From an uncultured Lachnospiraceae bacterium (GTDB lineage Bacteria > Bacillota > Clostridia > Eubacteriales > Eubacteriaceae), in the NCBI GenBank assembly GCA_964545675.1, contig CAZJGM010000001.1, forward strand, positions 2,575-66,574: a stretch of DNA of 64,000 bases, in the 5' to 3' direction. The translations under genes were made by a program, and so were the position numbers. Positions within the stretch are counted from its first letter, which is position 1. The number at the start of each line of letters is the position of its first letter. The notes below the pieces were generated by a model, which was not told the origin of the DNA, did not search any database, and saw only the letters and a program-made list of their open reading frames with translations. This document shows, piece by piece, positions 19,830-30,900 of the stretch.

Positions 19830-20687
19830 TTAGATCATTTGGCTAAAGATTCCAAGGCCACCTAATCCAATACAGGCTACACAGGCAAATAAGAAGATAA
19901 GGGTTAAGACAAGGCCAGCGATCGAACAAATTAAACCGGCCAAGGCTATACCGTGGGCTTTGTCCTCTAATTCCTTAAGGGCGAGGATTGAAAAAATCAG
20001 GCCTAATGATCCGACAAAGAGACTGCTTCCCAGTAGGGGGATAGCACCAATAATAGAAATAACCCCTAAGCTAAGGCCAATAATTGATTTAGAGCTGACA
20101 GGAGGGACTTCTTTAAGACCACTACGGCTATCAACAGCTTCTTTATTACGAATGGTAAAAATAAAAATGGCCTTTAAAAAAGGGAAGAAAATACTTAACA
20201 CCAGAAAAGCAAGGCTGTGCTTTTGATCGTATAAGGTAAAAAGTCTAAAGAGGGCGGCATAGTAATAAAAAGCAATGGCCAGAGAGATTAGAATGATAAG
20301 GACAGACCCAAGGTAAGGAATCATGCCAAGGGTGGTCATGATAATGGCCGAAGCAAAAGAAAGAAGGGTCAAAAATATCTTGGCATAAGGTATATTAAAA
20401 GACCCAATCGATACTTGGTCATTGATGAGACCACCCATAAGATAATTATTGGCGGTTGGAATGAAGGCTAGCCAAGGGTAGTCGAACTGGCGGTTTTTGG
20501 CCATGGTGTAAAGACCAATGGCATTAAAAATATAGGTGATCAGTCCCAGAATTAAAGAAACCGTAAGAATAATCACAAAAACCGATAGGAAAACAGAAAG
20601 AAATGGCAGTAATTCACCATATTGGTGCCCGTAAGGAATGGTATCAAGTGCTTCATTGAGATTGTAGTGAAAACTATAAATGTCCAT
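19830..20687 (-). CDS. Multi-pass membrane protein with C-terminal DUF4190-like module ending in ACVAC
   Basis: GLYTMAK...PWLAFIP motif, several hydrophobic helices, C-terminal SIIGLSLGVISI...AGLICSIAG...FACVACIG; AGGAGG SD. Confidence 0.7.
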   Translation of the reverse strand: MDIYSFHYNLNEALDTIPYGHQYGELLPFLSVFLSVFVIILTVSLILGLITYIFNAIGLYTMAKNRQFDYPWLAFIPTANNYLMGGLINDQVSIGSFNIPYAKIFLTLLSFASAIIMTTLGMIPYLGSVLIILISLAIAFYYYAALFRLFTLYDQKHSLAFLVLSIFFPFLKAIFIFTIRNKEAVDSRSGLKEVPPVSSKSIIGLSLGVISIIGAIPLLGSSLFVGSLGLIFSILALKELEDKAHGIALAGLICSIAGLVLTLIFLFACVACIGLGGLGIFSQMI

Positions 20688-20746
20688 ATAGACCTCCTAG
20701 AATGTATTATTATTTATTATACCCCAGTCGCTAGTAATTATTAAAT

Positions 20747-21502
20747 TTATTTAAATAATTTCTGGGGCAGTTTGCAAAGAAAGAAAATACCAAAGAGAAT
20801 AATAAAGAGACTAAGGAATTGGGACGTGGAAAAAATAAATATCGATCCCCGCGGATCCCCTCTTAGGTATTCGATCCCAAAGCGAAAAAGACCGTAGGAT
20901 AAGAGGTAGAAACCAGTGGTATAGCCCTCGATCTTGCTTTTTTTAAGAACAAGAAGAAGGAGGCCGCTTAAAAGAAATAAAAAAAACGATTCGACCAACT
21001 GGGTCGGGAAAAGGCCGATGCCCGATGGTGGATAAGCCCCCGGGGGATAAATAACCGCACCAGGCCCATGGTAGGCAATCCCATAGCAGCAACCATTAAA
21101 AAAACAGCCAATCCGTCCAAAGGCTTGGCCAAGGGCTAGAGAGGGGACGGCCAGATCAAAAAAGATGATCGGATTGAGCTGATAAATGCGGGTATAAGCA
21201 TAACCCCCTAAGATACCACCGATTAAACCGCCATAAAAAACTGCCCCACCACTAAAGAGGGCGGTTAGGCTAGTTAGGGGATCATTAAAAAAATCAGGCA
21301 ATTTAATAATAAAAAAAAGCCCTTTAGCCCCAATAATGCCCCCCATAATGGCAAATAAGCCAAAAAACATCATGTCCATAGTGGTGACAGGATGTTTTTT
21401 CCCGGTAAAAAAAGCAAGTAAAAAAGCCATGGCCATGCCCACTAATAAAAAAAGGCCAAAAGTGGGGATGGGGATGGTAAAAAGATGAATGACTGGATGC
21501 AT
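20747..21502 (-). CDS. lgt: Prolipoprotein diacylglyceryl transferase family protein (Cys-rich Lgt variant)
   Basis: IIGAK, VFYGGLIGG, LALGQAFGRIGCFFNGCCYG, FPTQLVES, RFGIEYLRGD, STSQFLS. Confidence 0.8.
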   Translation of the reverse strand: MHPVIHLFTIPIPTFGLFLLVGMAMAFLLAFFTGKKHPVTTMDMMFFGLFAIMGGIIGAKGLFFIIKLPDFFNDPLTSLTALFSGGAVFYGGLIGGILGGYAYTRIYQLNPIIFFDLAVPSLALGQAFGRIGCFFNGCCYGIAYHGPGAVIYPPGAYPPSGIGLFPTQLVESFFLFLLSGLLLLVLKKSKIEGYTTGFYLLSYGLFRFGIEYLRGDPRGSIFIFSTSQFLSLFIILFGIFFLCKLPQKLFK

Positions 21503-21526
21503 TAAAACACCTTACTAAAAGAACAT

Positions 21527-21811
21527 TTAAACATAGGAAAGGGTTCCGAGAATGCCGACACAAGCCACACAGGCTAAGAAGCCTAAAAGACTGAGGGCCA
21601 GTCCAATAATCGACAAAATAAAACCGGCGTTAGCCGTGCCATCAGGTTTAAAGCCCTCAGCCTCGCCAGCCTTTTTAATTTGAATGGCAAAAATAAGACC
21701 GATGGTGGCACAGATCATGCCAACGATTGAAAAATAACCAAGCCAGAAAGTTAAAACAGAAACAATCCCCAGAATCAGGGATGCGATTGATTTACCCATA
21801 TACTTTTCCAT
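21527..21811 (-). CDS. Small DUF4190-like membrane protein ending in ACVAC
   Basis: KSIASLILGIVS...AGFILSIIG...LACVACVG; AGGAGGAG SD; resembles C-terminal module of 19830..20687. Confidence 0.7.
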   Translation of the reverse strand: MEKYMGKSIASLILGIVSVLTFWLGYFSIVGMICATIGLIFAIQIKKAGEAEGFKPDGTANAGFILSIIGLALSLLGFLACVACVGILGTLSYV

Positions 21812-21856
21812 AAAATCTCCTCCTATTTTTACGTATGCTTATCGTGATCGTTAAGC

Positions 21857-23275
21857 TTAAAATGTCGAGCGGGCCTTTAGTTTATCAACCAGATCAAAGG
21901 CAACCCGGTTAATGGTTTGAGAGCCAGCAACGAGAACCAGATCACCGGCCTGTAAATGCGTGATTAAGTGATTGACGATATCGTCAAAGGCGGAAATGGT
22001 TTTTGTGGGGATGGCGTATTTTTTTTGGATGGCCGCATCCAAGTCTTCGGAATAGATATTCCAATCATTGTCTTCACGGTCGGAATAAATATCGTTAAGG
22101 ATAACATAATCGGCCTTGGCAAAAGCATCGACAAATTCATCAAAGAAAAAATAAGTCCGAGAATAGGTATGGGGCTGAAAGATCACCCAAAGCTTGCGGT
22201 GGTCATAATTAAGACAGGCATCGATAACAACTTTTAGTTCGGTGGGATGATGGGCATAATCCTCATAAACGGTAATGCCAGCGACTTCGCCACGAAATTC
22301 AAAGCGTCGTTTGGCCCCCGTAAAGGTCTTAAAGGTTTCAATTGAGACCTGGGCGGGAATCTCTAGAAAATCACCACAGATAATCGCCGATAGGGCATTG
22401 AGGACATTGTGTTCGCCGGGAATGTTAAGGTAAAAATGCCCGTAAAAATCCTCGCCTTTATAGACATCAAATTCTGGTTTGCCAAGGGGGTCATAGATAA
22501 TATTTGTGGCATACCAATCATTTGATTTTTGGGTCCCATAGGTAAGAACCGGGCACTTAAGATCCTTTAGTACATCACGAACGCTTTGCGAATCCCCATA
22601 GGCAATTAATAAACCATCAGCAGGGAGGATTTTAGCAAAATTATGGAAGGACTCTTTAATTTGGGCCAGACCGTCCCTAAAATAGTCCAGATGGTCCTCT
22701 TCAATATTGGTGATAATGCCAATGGAATGCCTGGTTTTAAGAAAACTATCGACGTATTCACAGGCTTCGACAACAAAGTATTTTTTGTCATCAATAAGGG
22801 CATTACCCCCAAACTCATCGAGTTTGCCACCAATACTTAGACTGGGTTTTAAGCCCGCATGGTGAAGTAGCGAGGCAACCATGGAGGAAGTAGTCGTTTT
22901 GCCATGGGTTCCAGAAACGGCGATTGTTTTTTCAAAAATATGCGAAAAAAGGCCCAAGAAGTCCGACCGCTCAATCTTGGGAAGGCCTAGATCATTGGCT
23001 TTTTTCATATCGGGATTATCCTCATGGATGGCCGCTGAATAGACAACGCAATCGGTATCCGCTGGAATATTGTCATAATTGTGGCTAATGTGGATTTTAA
23101 CGCCAAGACCTTCTAGTTTTTCAGTATAGGAAGAGGCTACCATATCCGAGCCTTCGATTAATAAGCCTTCTGCTAGGGACATGGTGGCAAGGCCACTCAT
23201 GCTGCTGCCGCCAATGCCGATAAAGAATAGTTTATGGATGGGTCGATTGAATGTTTTTTTTAGTTCTGCTTTCAA
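21857..23275 (-). CDS. murC: UDP-N-acetylmuramate--L-alanine ligase
   Basis: FIGIGGSSMSGLA, GTHGKTTTS, VEACEY, TNIEEDHLD, GEHNVLNA, DYAHHPTE, FQPHTYSRT; AAGGAG SD with TTG start. Confidence 0.95.
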   Translation of the reverse strand: MKAELKKTFNRPIHKLFFIGIGGSSMSGLATMSLAEGLLIEGSDMVASSYTEKLEGLGVKIHISHNYDNIPADTDCVVYSAAIHEDNPDMKKANDLGLPKIERSDFLGLFSHIFEKTIAVSGTHGKTTTSSMVASLLHHAGLKPSLSIGGKLDEFGGNALIDDKKYFVVEACEYVDSFLKTRHSIGIITNIEEDHLDYFRDGLAQIKESFHNFAKILPADGLLIAYGDSQSVRDVLKDLKCPVLTYGTQKSNDWYATNIIYDPLGKPEFDVYKGEDFYGHFYLNIPGEHNVLNALSAIICGDFLEIPAQVSIETFKTFTGAKRRFEFRGEVAGITVYEDYAHHPTELKVVIDACLNYDHRKLWVIFQPHTYSRTYFFFDEFVDAFAKADYVILNDIYSDREDNDWNIYSEDLDAAIQKKYAIPTKTISAFDDIVNHLITHLQAGDLVLVAGSQTINRVAFDLVDKLKARSTF

Positions 23276-23434
23276 ATCGATAATTCTCCTTAGATTTTAT
23301 TTTTAAAAAACCTTTTTAAAAAAGAATCGATACATAAAAAAAGGATCGATACGTGGAAATGAGATTATTTAATAAAAAAGTTCTACCTTGAATTATAACA
23401 CAGGGTTTTATCAGGCGTAAAGTCTAAAAAAAAC

Positions 23435-23463
23435 TTGCTTTTTTTTGAAAACACGAATAAAAT
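23435..23463 (+). promoter_or_regulatory. Sigma-A promoter of purR
   Basis: TTGCTT-N17-TAAAAT. Confidence 0.6.
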
Positions 23464-23492
23464 GATAATAAATAAAAAAAATGTTCGGATTT
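23449..23492. promoter_or_regulatory. Inverted pair of PurBoxes (PurR autoregulatory operator)
   Basis: 23480-23492 reverse complement AAATCCGAACATT matches AWWWCCGAACWWT; upstream AAACACGAATAAA; GAA(T)-N24-GTTC spacing as in the Bacillus PurR operator; overlaps the -10. Confidence 0.7.
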
Positions 23493-23510
23493 TTCCGACA
23501 AGGGTGAATC

Positions 23511-24308
23511 ATGAAAAAAAATGAGCGAATTAGTATAATTACAAAAATATTTGCTGACCATCCCAACCAGACCTTTGCCTATAATTATTTTTCAGACCTT
23601 TTTGAAGTCGGGAAATCGACTGTCTGTGAAGATATTATGATCGTAAAAAAGGCCTTTGAAAACTTAGGAGAGGGACGAATTCATACTTTTTCCGGAGCTT
23701 CTGGGGGAGTGGTTTATTATCCCGGTGTCTCGCTTGAAAAAAAAAATGCCATTCTAAATGATATAGCCAAGCTTTTGATGGAGCCAGACCGCCAGATCCA
23801 AGGAGGCTTTCTTTATTATAGCGATATCTTATCAAACCCTAAATACTCAAAAAATATTGGCCGCATTATCGCTTCCCAGTTTGGTGAGCAAGGGATTGAC
23901 TATGTCATAACCACGGAAACCAAAGGGATTCCTAGTGCCATGGAATCGGCCCGTTATTTAAATGTGCCGATGGGTTTAATTAGGCGAAGCAATCGGGTTA
24001 CCGAAGGGGCGACGACCAGTGTCAATTATATCTCCGGATCCTCCAATAAAATTAATACCATGTACCTAAGTCGGCGGATTAATTTGGCGGGGAAAAATGT
24101 TTTAATTATTGATGACTTTATGAAAGGTGGCGGTACGGCCAAGGGTATGTTAAACTTAATGGAAGAAGTGGGTGCCAATGTGCTTGGCATTTGTGTAATC
24201 TTTGTTACTAAAAGCCCGAGTGAAAAGCTCGTCGACCATTATACCCCGCTACTGCTGATGGATGATGATGAGATTAAAAAAGGAAAGCTAAGGGTTGAAA
24301 TCTATTAA
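23511..24308 (+). CDS. purR: Pur operon repressor (Bacillus-type, PRT family)
   Basis: N-terminal wHTH (KSTVCED, GASGGV), GGFLYYSD, TETKGIP, TEGATTSVNYISGS, PRPP-loop IIDDFMKGGGT. Confidence 0.93.
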   Translation: MKKNERISIITKIFADHPNQTFAYNYFSDLFEVGKSTVCEDIMIVKKAFENLGEGRIHTFSGASGGVVYYPGVSLEKKNAILNDIAKLLMEPDRQIQGGFLYYSDILSNPKYSKNIGRIIASQFGEQGIDYVITTETKGIPSAMESARYLNVPMGLIRRSNRVTEGATTSVNYISGSSNKINTMYLSRRINLAGKNVLIIDDFMKGGGTAKGMLNLMEEVGANVLGICVIFVTKSPSEKLVDHYTPLLLMDDDEIKKGKLRVEIY

Positions 24309-24504
24309 AGCATTTTAAATTGTGGCATATTTAAGGAATAAGTGGCAGAAATTTTGCGCCAGTTTATTTTTATAGGCGTTTACCACATCAGCCAAGGAAA
24401 AGCAATAAAAAAGATAAGGTTTTTGTTTCAATCAGCTTGAAATTGTGGTAGGATAGAGATGGAAATAACCATGTGACTTTATTTAAAAGGGGAGGCTTAC
24501 GCAG

Positions 24505-24867
24505 ATGGAAATAACAGACGTAAGAGTACGTAAAACGTATCCAGAAGGAAAAATGAGAGCAATTGTTTCAGTAACATTTGATGATCAATTTGTTGTCCAC
24601 GATATCAAGGTTATTGAAGGACAAAGTGGGTTTTTTATTGCAATGCCTAGTCGTAAAACACCAGATGGTGAGTTTAAGGATATTGCTCATCCCATTAATA
24701 TGGGAACACGTCGAAAAATGCAAGAAAGCGTACTCCGAGCCTATGAAGAGGCTGTTGAACAAGAACGGATTAGTGCTGAAGAAAGAGGAACCTTAGAAGT
24801 TGACTTAGAGACCGATTTAGAAGTTGATTTTGAAACAGATTCGCAAGCAGCTTTAGAAACAGAATAA
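24505..24867 (+). CDS. spoVG: Septation regulator SpoVG with acidic C-terminal tail
   Basis: [44 protein letters not shown]. Confidence 0.95.
   Translation: MEITDVRVRKTYPEGKMRAIVSVTFDDQFVVHDIKVIEGQSGFFIAMPSRKTPDGEFKDIAHPINMGTRRKMQESVLRAYEEAVEQERISAEERGTLEVDLETDLEVDFETDSQAALETE
24793..24864 (+). repeat. 24-bp coding tandem repeat (about 3 units) in spoVG tail
   Basis: TTAGAAGTTGACTTAGAGACCGAT / TTAGAAGTTGATTTTGAAACAGAT / TCGCAAGCAGCTTTAGAAACAGAA = LEVDLETD / LEVDFETD / SQAALETE. Confidence 0.7.
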
Positions 24868-24890
24868 AAAAGGATATAAAATACTAACAG

Positions 24891-24915
24891 AGGGGGAAGT
24901 GTTTCCCCCTTTTTT
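24891..24915 (+). terminator. Rho-independent terminator after spoVG
   Basis: AGGGGGAA-gtgt-TTCCCCCT followed by T-tract. Confidence 0.8.
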
Positions 24916-24945
24916 GTTGTGATTATTCTGAAATGGAGATAATGA

Positions 24946-26325
24946 ATGAAAAAATCAAAGACCCTTATTCTGGCAGCGGGTCAAGGGACCCGGATGCATT
25001 CAAAAAAACCCAAAGTATTGCATCAGGTGTGTGGGAAAAATATCTTAAATTACGTCATTCAGGCCAGTCAAGGAGCAGGGATTGAAGAAACGGCGGTGAT
25101 CGTTGGTTACCAAGCTGATCTGGTAAAAGCCAGTTTAGAAAAAAGGATTGAAACGATTCTTCAAAGAGAACAAAAGGGGACCGGTCATGCGGTGATGACG
25201 GCCTTGCCTTTTTTTGAAGCGTTAGAAGGAAATCTGATTGTCTTAGTCGGCGATGCTCCCTTTATTCGGTCAGAAACAATTGCTGGCCTAATTAAAAAGC
25301 ATGAAGAAAAAAATTATGCAGCAACTGTTTTAACGGCGGAATTTGAAAACCCGTCAGGCTATGGGCGGATGGTAAAGAACAAAGCCGGAGAATTACTTGG
25401 GATTGTTGAAGAAAAAGATGCTAGCACCTTTGAAAAAACCATTAAGGAAATTAATTCCGGCATGTATTGTTTTAATGCTCAAATTTTAAAGAAAGCCCTT
25501 AAAAAAATTGGAACCGATAATGCTCAAGCAGAGTATTACCTAACCGATGTAATTGAAATTATGGGCCAAATGGCTTATCAAACAGGGACCTATCAAGTTG
25601 AGGATTTAGATGATATTCGGGCCATTAATACCAAGCTTCAATTAGCCGAGGCTGAAGAGGTCATGCGAAAACGGATTAATAGTCGCTTAATGGAAAAAGG
25701 AGCGATTTTAATTGACCCCAAGACGACCTATATTGGCGATGAGGTGGTGATCGGTGAAGATAGTATAATTTTGCCAGGCTGTATATTAGAGGGGCAAACC
25801 ATTATTGGGGAAGACGCCTTGATCGGTCCTAATTCTAAACTTAAGAATGCCATTATCGGAGACCGGGTTCAGCTTGAAAACGCCACAGTTTTGGATAGCA
25901 GTATTGATAACGATAGTAAGATCGGTCCTTATGCCTATATTAGACCGGGTTGTCAAATTGGTAAACATTGCAAGGTCGGTGATTTTGTCGAAGTAAAAAA
26001 TTCCAAGATGGCGGATTATTCAAAAGCTGCTCACCTTACCTACGTTGGCGATGGTGATGTTGGTGAGCGGGTTAATCTCGGATGTGGGACCGTTTTTGTT
26101 AATTACGATGGGAAAAAAAAGCATCGAACAATTGTTGAAGAAGGGGCTTTTATTGGTTGTAATACCAATTTAATTGCCCCAGTCACGGTTAAACAAGGGG
26201 CCTATATTGCGGCTGGTTCAACCATTACCGAAGAAGTGCCAGAAGATAGTTTAGCCATTGCCAGGTCAAGGCAGATTAATAAGGTGGGTTATTTAGTGAA
26301 AAAAAGAAATAAAGAAGGGAAATAA
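24946..26325 (+). CDS. glmU: Bifunctional UDP-GlcNAc pyrophosphorylase / glucosamine-1-P acetyltransferase
   Basis: [32 protein letters not shown], hexapeptide repeats, [11 protein letters not shown]. Confidence 0.96.
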   Translation: MKKSKTLILAAGQGTRMHSKKPKVLHQVCGKNILNYVIQASQGAGIEETAVIVGYQADLVKASLEKRIETILQREQKGTGHAVMTALPFFEALEGNLIVLVGDAPFIRSETIAGLIKKHEEKNYAATVLTAEFENPSGYGRMVKNKAGELLGIVEEKDASTFEKTIKEINSGMYCFNAQILKKALKKIGTDNAQAEYYLTDVIEIMGQMAYQTGTYQVEDLDDIRAINTKLQLAEAEEVMRKRINSRLMEKGAILIDPKTTYIGDEVVIGEDSIILPGCILEGQTIIGEDALIGPNSKLKNAIIGDRVQLENATVLDSSIDNDSKIGPYAYIRPGCQIGKHCKVGDFVEVKNSKMADYSKAAHLTYVGDGDVGERVNLGCGTVFVNYDGKKKHRTIVEEGAFIGCNTNLIAPVTVKQGAYIAAGSTITEEVPEDSLAIARSRQINKVGYLVKKRNKEGK

Positions 26326-26327
26326 TA

Positions 26328-27287
26328 ATGGACGGAAAATTTAGTGGGATAAAAGTAATTGCTGGTAATTCAAACTTAGAATTGGCTGAGGAAATTGCCG
26401 AATACTTGGAGATTCAACTTTGCAAGGCCGAGGTCGTTCGCTTTAGTGATGGTGAAATTGGCCTAAATGTTTATGAGTCGGTTCGTGGAGCCGATGTCTT
26501 TGTGATTCAGTCAACGGGCACCCCTGTTAATGAAAATTTAATGGAACTACTCATTTTAATCGATTCAATGAGACGGGCATCAGCCGGTCGAATCAATGCA
26601 GTGATTCCTTATTATGGCTATGCTAGGCAAGACCGTAAGGCCAAGTCAAGGGATCCGATTACAGCTAAATTAGTGGCCAACTTGTTAACCACGGCCGGAG
26701 CGGACCGGGTTATTACCATGGATCTTCACTCCAATCAGATTCAGGGTTTCTTTGATATTCCCTTGGATCACTTATCCGGTGGCGGACTAATTGCCGATTA
26801 TTACAAGGAAAAAAAGATGGACAACATGGTTGTGGTCTCACCAGATGCTGGTAGTGTTAAGCGGTCCAGAAAGCTAGCCAGAAGTTTAAATTGCTCCTTT
26901 GCCATTATCGATAAGGAAAGACCCAAACCAAATGTAACAACGGTGATGAATGTAATTGGCGAGGTCAAAGGGAAAAACTGTATTTTGGTCGATGATATGA
27001 TCGATACCGCCGGGACCATTACCGCCGGGGCCAATGCCTTAATGGATATGGGGGCTAACTCCGTTTATGCAGCCTGTAGCCACGGTGTTTTTTCAGGGCC
27101 AGCCATTGAACGGATTGAACAATCAGCCATTAAAGAATTGGTAACCCTAAATACCATTTCCATTCCAAAAGAAAAACAGATTGATAAAATGAAAATATTA
27201 TCGACTGGCAATTTATTTGGACGGGCTATCGATTACGTTCATTTTGGCCGCTCCTTAAGTAAGCTATTTGTCGGGCGTTATGTCTAA
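26328..27287 (+). CDS. prs: Ribose-phosphate pyrophosphokinase
   Basis: [43 protein letters not shown]. Confidence 0.96.
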   Translation: MDGKFSGIKVIAGNSNLELAEEIAEYLEIQLCKAEVVRFSDGEIGLNVYESVRGADVFVIQSTGTPVNENLMELLILIDSMRRASAGRINAVIPYYGYARQDRKAKSRDPITAKLVANLLTTAGADRVITMDLHSNQIQGFFDIPLDHLSGGGLIADYYKEKKMDNMVVVSPDAGSVKRSRKLARSLNCSFAIIDKERPKPNVTTVMNVIGEVKGKNCILVDDMIDTAGTITAGANALMDMGANSVYAACSHGVFSGPAIERIEQSAIKELVTLNTISIPKEKQIDKMKILSTGNLFGRAIDYVHFGRSLSKLFVGRYV

Positions 27288-27290
27288 AGG

Positions 27291-27866
27291 ATGAAAATTA
27301 TTGTAGGACTAGGAAATATTGGCAAAGACTACCAACAGACACGGCATAATATCGGCTTTGAGGTCATTGATGCCTATGCCAAATTAAAGTCTTTGGAAAT
27401 AAGTAAAAAAGAACAAAATGGCTTAAGTGGCAGCTTTTTTTACAAGGGTGAAAAAATCCTACTGGTTAAACCAACCACCTTTATGAATAATAGTGGCCTT
27501 TGTGTCAGCAAGTTTGTTAAGTATTATGATCTGTCATTAGATCAGTTATTGGTTATTACCGATGACATTGACTTACCCCTAGGGGATGTGCGGATTCGCA
27601 AAAAAGGTGGGCCGGGAACCCACAATGGTATGCGTTCGATTATTCAAGGATTAGCTAGTGGTAATTTTCCCAGAATACGAATGGGGATCGGAAGCCCAGG
27701 GTCTTCTAATAAGTTGGTTCATTTTGTGCTCGGGAAATTTTCCAAAAAAGAGTGGCTGATCATGGAAGAGGCGATCAAGCAAGCGGTAACCGGCATCGAT
27801 GTATTTCTTGATCAAGGGATCGATAAAGCCATGAATTGTATTAATGGACAGAAAAAAAGTGAGTGA
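27291..27866 (+). CDS. pth: Peptidyl-tRNA hydrolase
   Basis: IVGLGNIG, TRHNIGF, KPTTFMNNSG, DDIDL, THNGMRSI, RIRMGIG. Confidence 0.95.
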   Translation: MKIIVGLGNIGKDYQQTRHNIGFEVIDAYAKLKSLEISKKEQNGLSGSFFYKGEKILLVKPTTFMNNSGLCVSKFVKYYDLSLDQLLVITDDIDLPLGDVRIRKKGGPGTHNGMRSIIQGLASGNFPRIRMGIGSPGSSNKLVHFVLGKFSKKEWLIMEEAIKQAVTGIDVFLDQGIDKAMNCINGQKKSE

Positions 27867-27924
27867 TTAAATAATGTCTGCCTAGACCAAGGCTTAGGAC
27901 CTTAGTCTTTAGGAGAAAGAAGTA

Positions 27925-30900
27925 TTGATGAAACAAGTGTATAGTAATTTAAGAGAGACAAAAAGTCTTCAGAATCTCTTAAAGGCGATGGAATCATATC
28001 AATTAATTAATGTGACAAATTTAAATAAAGGCTTTAAAGAGGCTCTGACAGCCGTTCTTTTCGAGCAAAAAAAAGGGCCTTTTTTATACCTTAGTAAAAA
28101 TGATCGGGAAGCCCTAGGGGCCGCTCAGGCCTTTGAAAAAATCTTCGGGGACCGGGTCTTATATTTCCCCCTTGAGCCACTTCATGATTATTTCGCTGAT
28201 GTTCATAGTCGTGAAATCAGTAACCAACGATTGATGGTTTTAAAAAAACTTTTATCAGAAGAAAATTATTTACTTGTTCTTGGGGCTGAGACCTTATTAA
28301 AAAAATTGCTGCCAGTGTCAGCCTTTAAAGAGCTTGAAATTAAATGTCAAGTGGATGAAAATCTTGATCCCATGGCTTTGATTGAAAAATTAATTGATCT
28401 AGGTTATGAGCGTAATTATCAGGCTGAAGCCAAGGGCCAATTTGCCCACCGGGGGGGCATTATTGATGTCTTCACGCCGGTTGAGGAGCTAGCCTACCGA
28501 CTTGAGTTTTTTGGTGATACGATCGAGTCAATTCGCCTTTTTGATCCCCATAGCCAATTATCAATGGAAGCTGTAGAGACTATTAGTATTAGCCCGGCAG
28601 CAGAAATACTATTAAGCAAGGAAGAAGAAAAGAAAAACCTGGAAAAATTGAAAAAAAAATATCAAAATGATAGTCTCTACCAGCCCTTACTTGAACAAGT
28701 GACAGAAGAAAGAGGACGCTTTCTGACGGCTAAGGGGGCTTCCCTGATCGATTATTTAAAGCAACCGACAATTATTTGGGATGAACCAACTGAAATAAAA
28801 CGGTCAATTGGGGCCTATCTTGAAAAGATCAATCAGGATCTGGATCTTTTAATTAAAGATGGAAAAATTTTACCAGACCAGAAAAAACAATTTTTTAATT
28901 TTTCAACGATTGACAAACAGGCCAATGACTTGCTTGAGCTGAGGTACACGACATTTGGCTCGCGTAGTAAAAAAGGAGAAACGGTTGATTTTGCAGTAAA
29001 AGATGTCGAACCCTTTTTGGGTGAGATCCCCCGCTTTTTAGATCTGATGGCAAATCGGATCCTTGACGATTATAAGATTATGATTTTGACCTTGGACCAA
29101 GAGGGTCAGAAAAAAATAAAAGATAGCCTTGTTCAAGCCGATATTCATCGCTTTACATCGGGTCTAGAGCCAGGTGTTCAATTTATAAGGGGGGAATTAG
29201 CAACTGGCTTTGACTGGGCAAAAGAAAAATTGCTTTGCTTAAATGAAAAAGATATTTTCATCCAGCCAGGCAGACGCCGTAAAAAAAGACAAAAAAAAGG
29301 CAAAAAAATTGATAGCTTTACCCAGTTAAATATCGGTGATTACGTCGTTCATGATGTTCACGGGATTGGTATTTACCGGGGGATTGAGCAATTAAAAATT
29401 GCAGAAACGATAAAGGATCTAATCGTTATTGAATACGCCAAGGAGGCAAAATTTTATTGCCCCGTCGATCAGATGGAAGCGATTTCTGTTTATGTTGGAA
29501 CCGGTGAGAAAAAACCCCGGATCAATCAATTAGGGACGGCCGAATGGGATCGATCAAAGGCTCGGGTCAAACAAGCCATTGAAGAAATGGCCGACGAGTT
29601 GATTGATCTTTATGCCAAGCGTAAGCAGTTAAGGGGCTACGCCTTTGCCTTAGATTCTAGCTGGCAAAAAGAATTTGAAGAAGCCTTTCCCCACGAAGAA
29701 ACAAAAGATCAGCTTCAAGCTGTAGAAGAAATAAAAAGGGATATGGAATCGACCCAGCCCATGGATCGGCTTTTATGTGGGGATGTCGGCTATGGAAAAA
29801 CAGAGGTGGCCCTAAGGGCGGTCTTTAAAGCGGTGATGGACAGTAAACAGGTGGCGTTCCTAGTTCCGACGACTATCCTAGCCCAGCAGCATTATCAAAC
29901 CATGTTAGACCGCTTTAAAGATTATCCAATAAAGGTCGGTCTTTTAAGTCGTTTTAGAAGTCGGAGTGACCAAGAAAAAATCCTCGCCAGCCTAGCGATT
30001 GGCGAAATTGATTGTGTAGTGGGAACCCATCGAATTTTCTCGTCCGATGTTTCATTTAAAGATCTGGGTCTTTTAATCATCGATGAAGAACAACGCTTTG
30101 GCGTGACCCATAAAGAGAAGATCAAGCAGATGAAAAAGAATATTGATGTCTTAACCCTCTCGGCCACCCCGATACCCAGGACCCTACACATGTCGATGAT
30201 TGGGGTTCGGGATATGAGCTTAATCGATGAACCGCCTGAAGGCAGACGACCGGTGCTCACCTATGTACTGGAATACAATGAAATTATTATTCGCGATGCC
30301 ATTGAACGGGAAATGAACCGGCGTGGACAGGTTTATTATGTCCACAATCGGATTAATGATATTTATGAAATTACGGCAAAGATTAGACAACTTGTGCCAA
30401 AGGCCCGAATTGGGGTGGCCCATGGGCGGATGTCAGGCCCAGAATTAGAAGACGTGATGATTGCTTTTCTAAATTATCAGTATGATGTATTGGTGACGAC
30501 GACGATCATTGAGTCGGGCCTGGATATTAAAAATGCCAATACCTTAATTGTTAATAATGGCGATCAGATGGGCTTGTCCCAGCTTTACCAGCTGCGTGGC
30601 CGAGTTGGCCGTTCTGACGCTCAAGCCTATGCCTATATCACCCATAAGGCCAAGATCTTGTCGGATGTTTCTAAAAAACGCCTAAAGGCAATTAAGGACT
30701 TTACCGCCTTTGGTTCCGGCTTTAAAATTGCCATGCGGGATTTAGAAATCCGTGGGGCCGGAAATATTCTGGGAGCCGCCCAATCGGGCAATTTAGCCAG
30801 CATTGGTTATGAACTCTATTGCCGGATTCTCGATGGGGCAGTCAATGAGCGTCTGGGCAAGGGCCAGGTAGATCAGGCTAAAGAAATAATGATTCACTTG

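Noticed and set aside
27873..27909. Repeat family shared between the pth-mfd gap and the prsA-yabM hairpin (GGCTTAGGA)
   Set aside because: Only 9 nt shared; insufficient for a REP-like element
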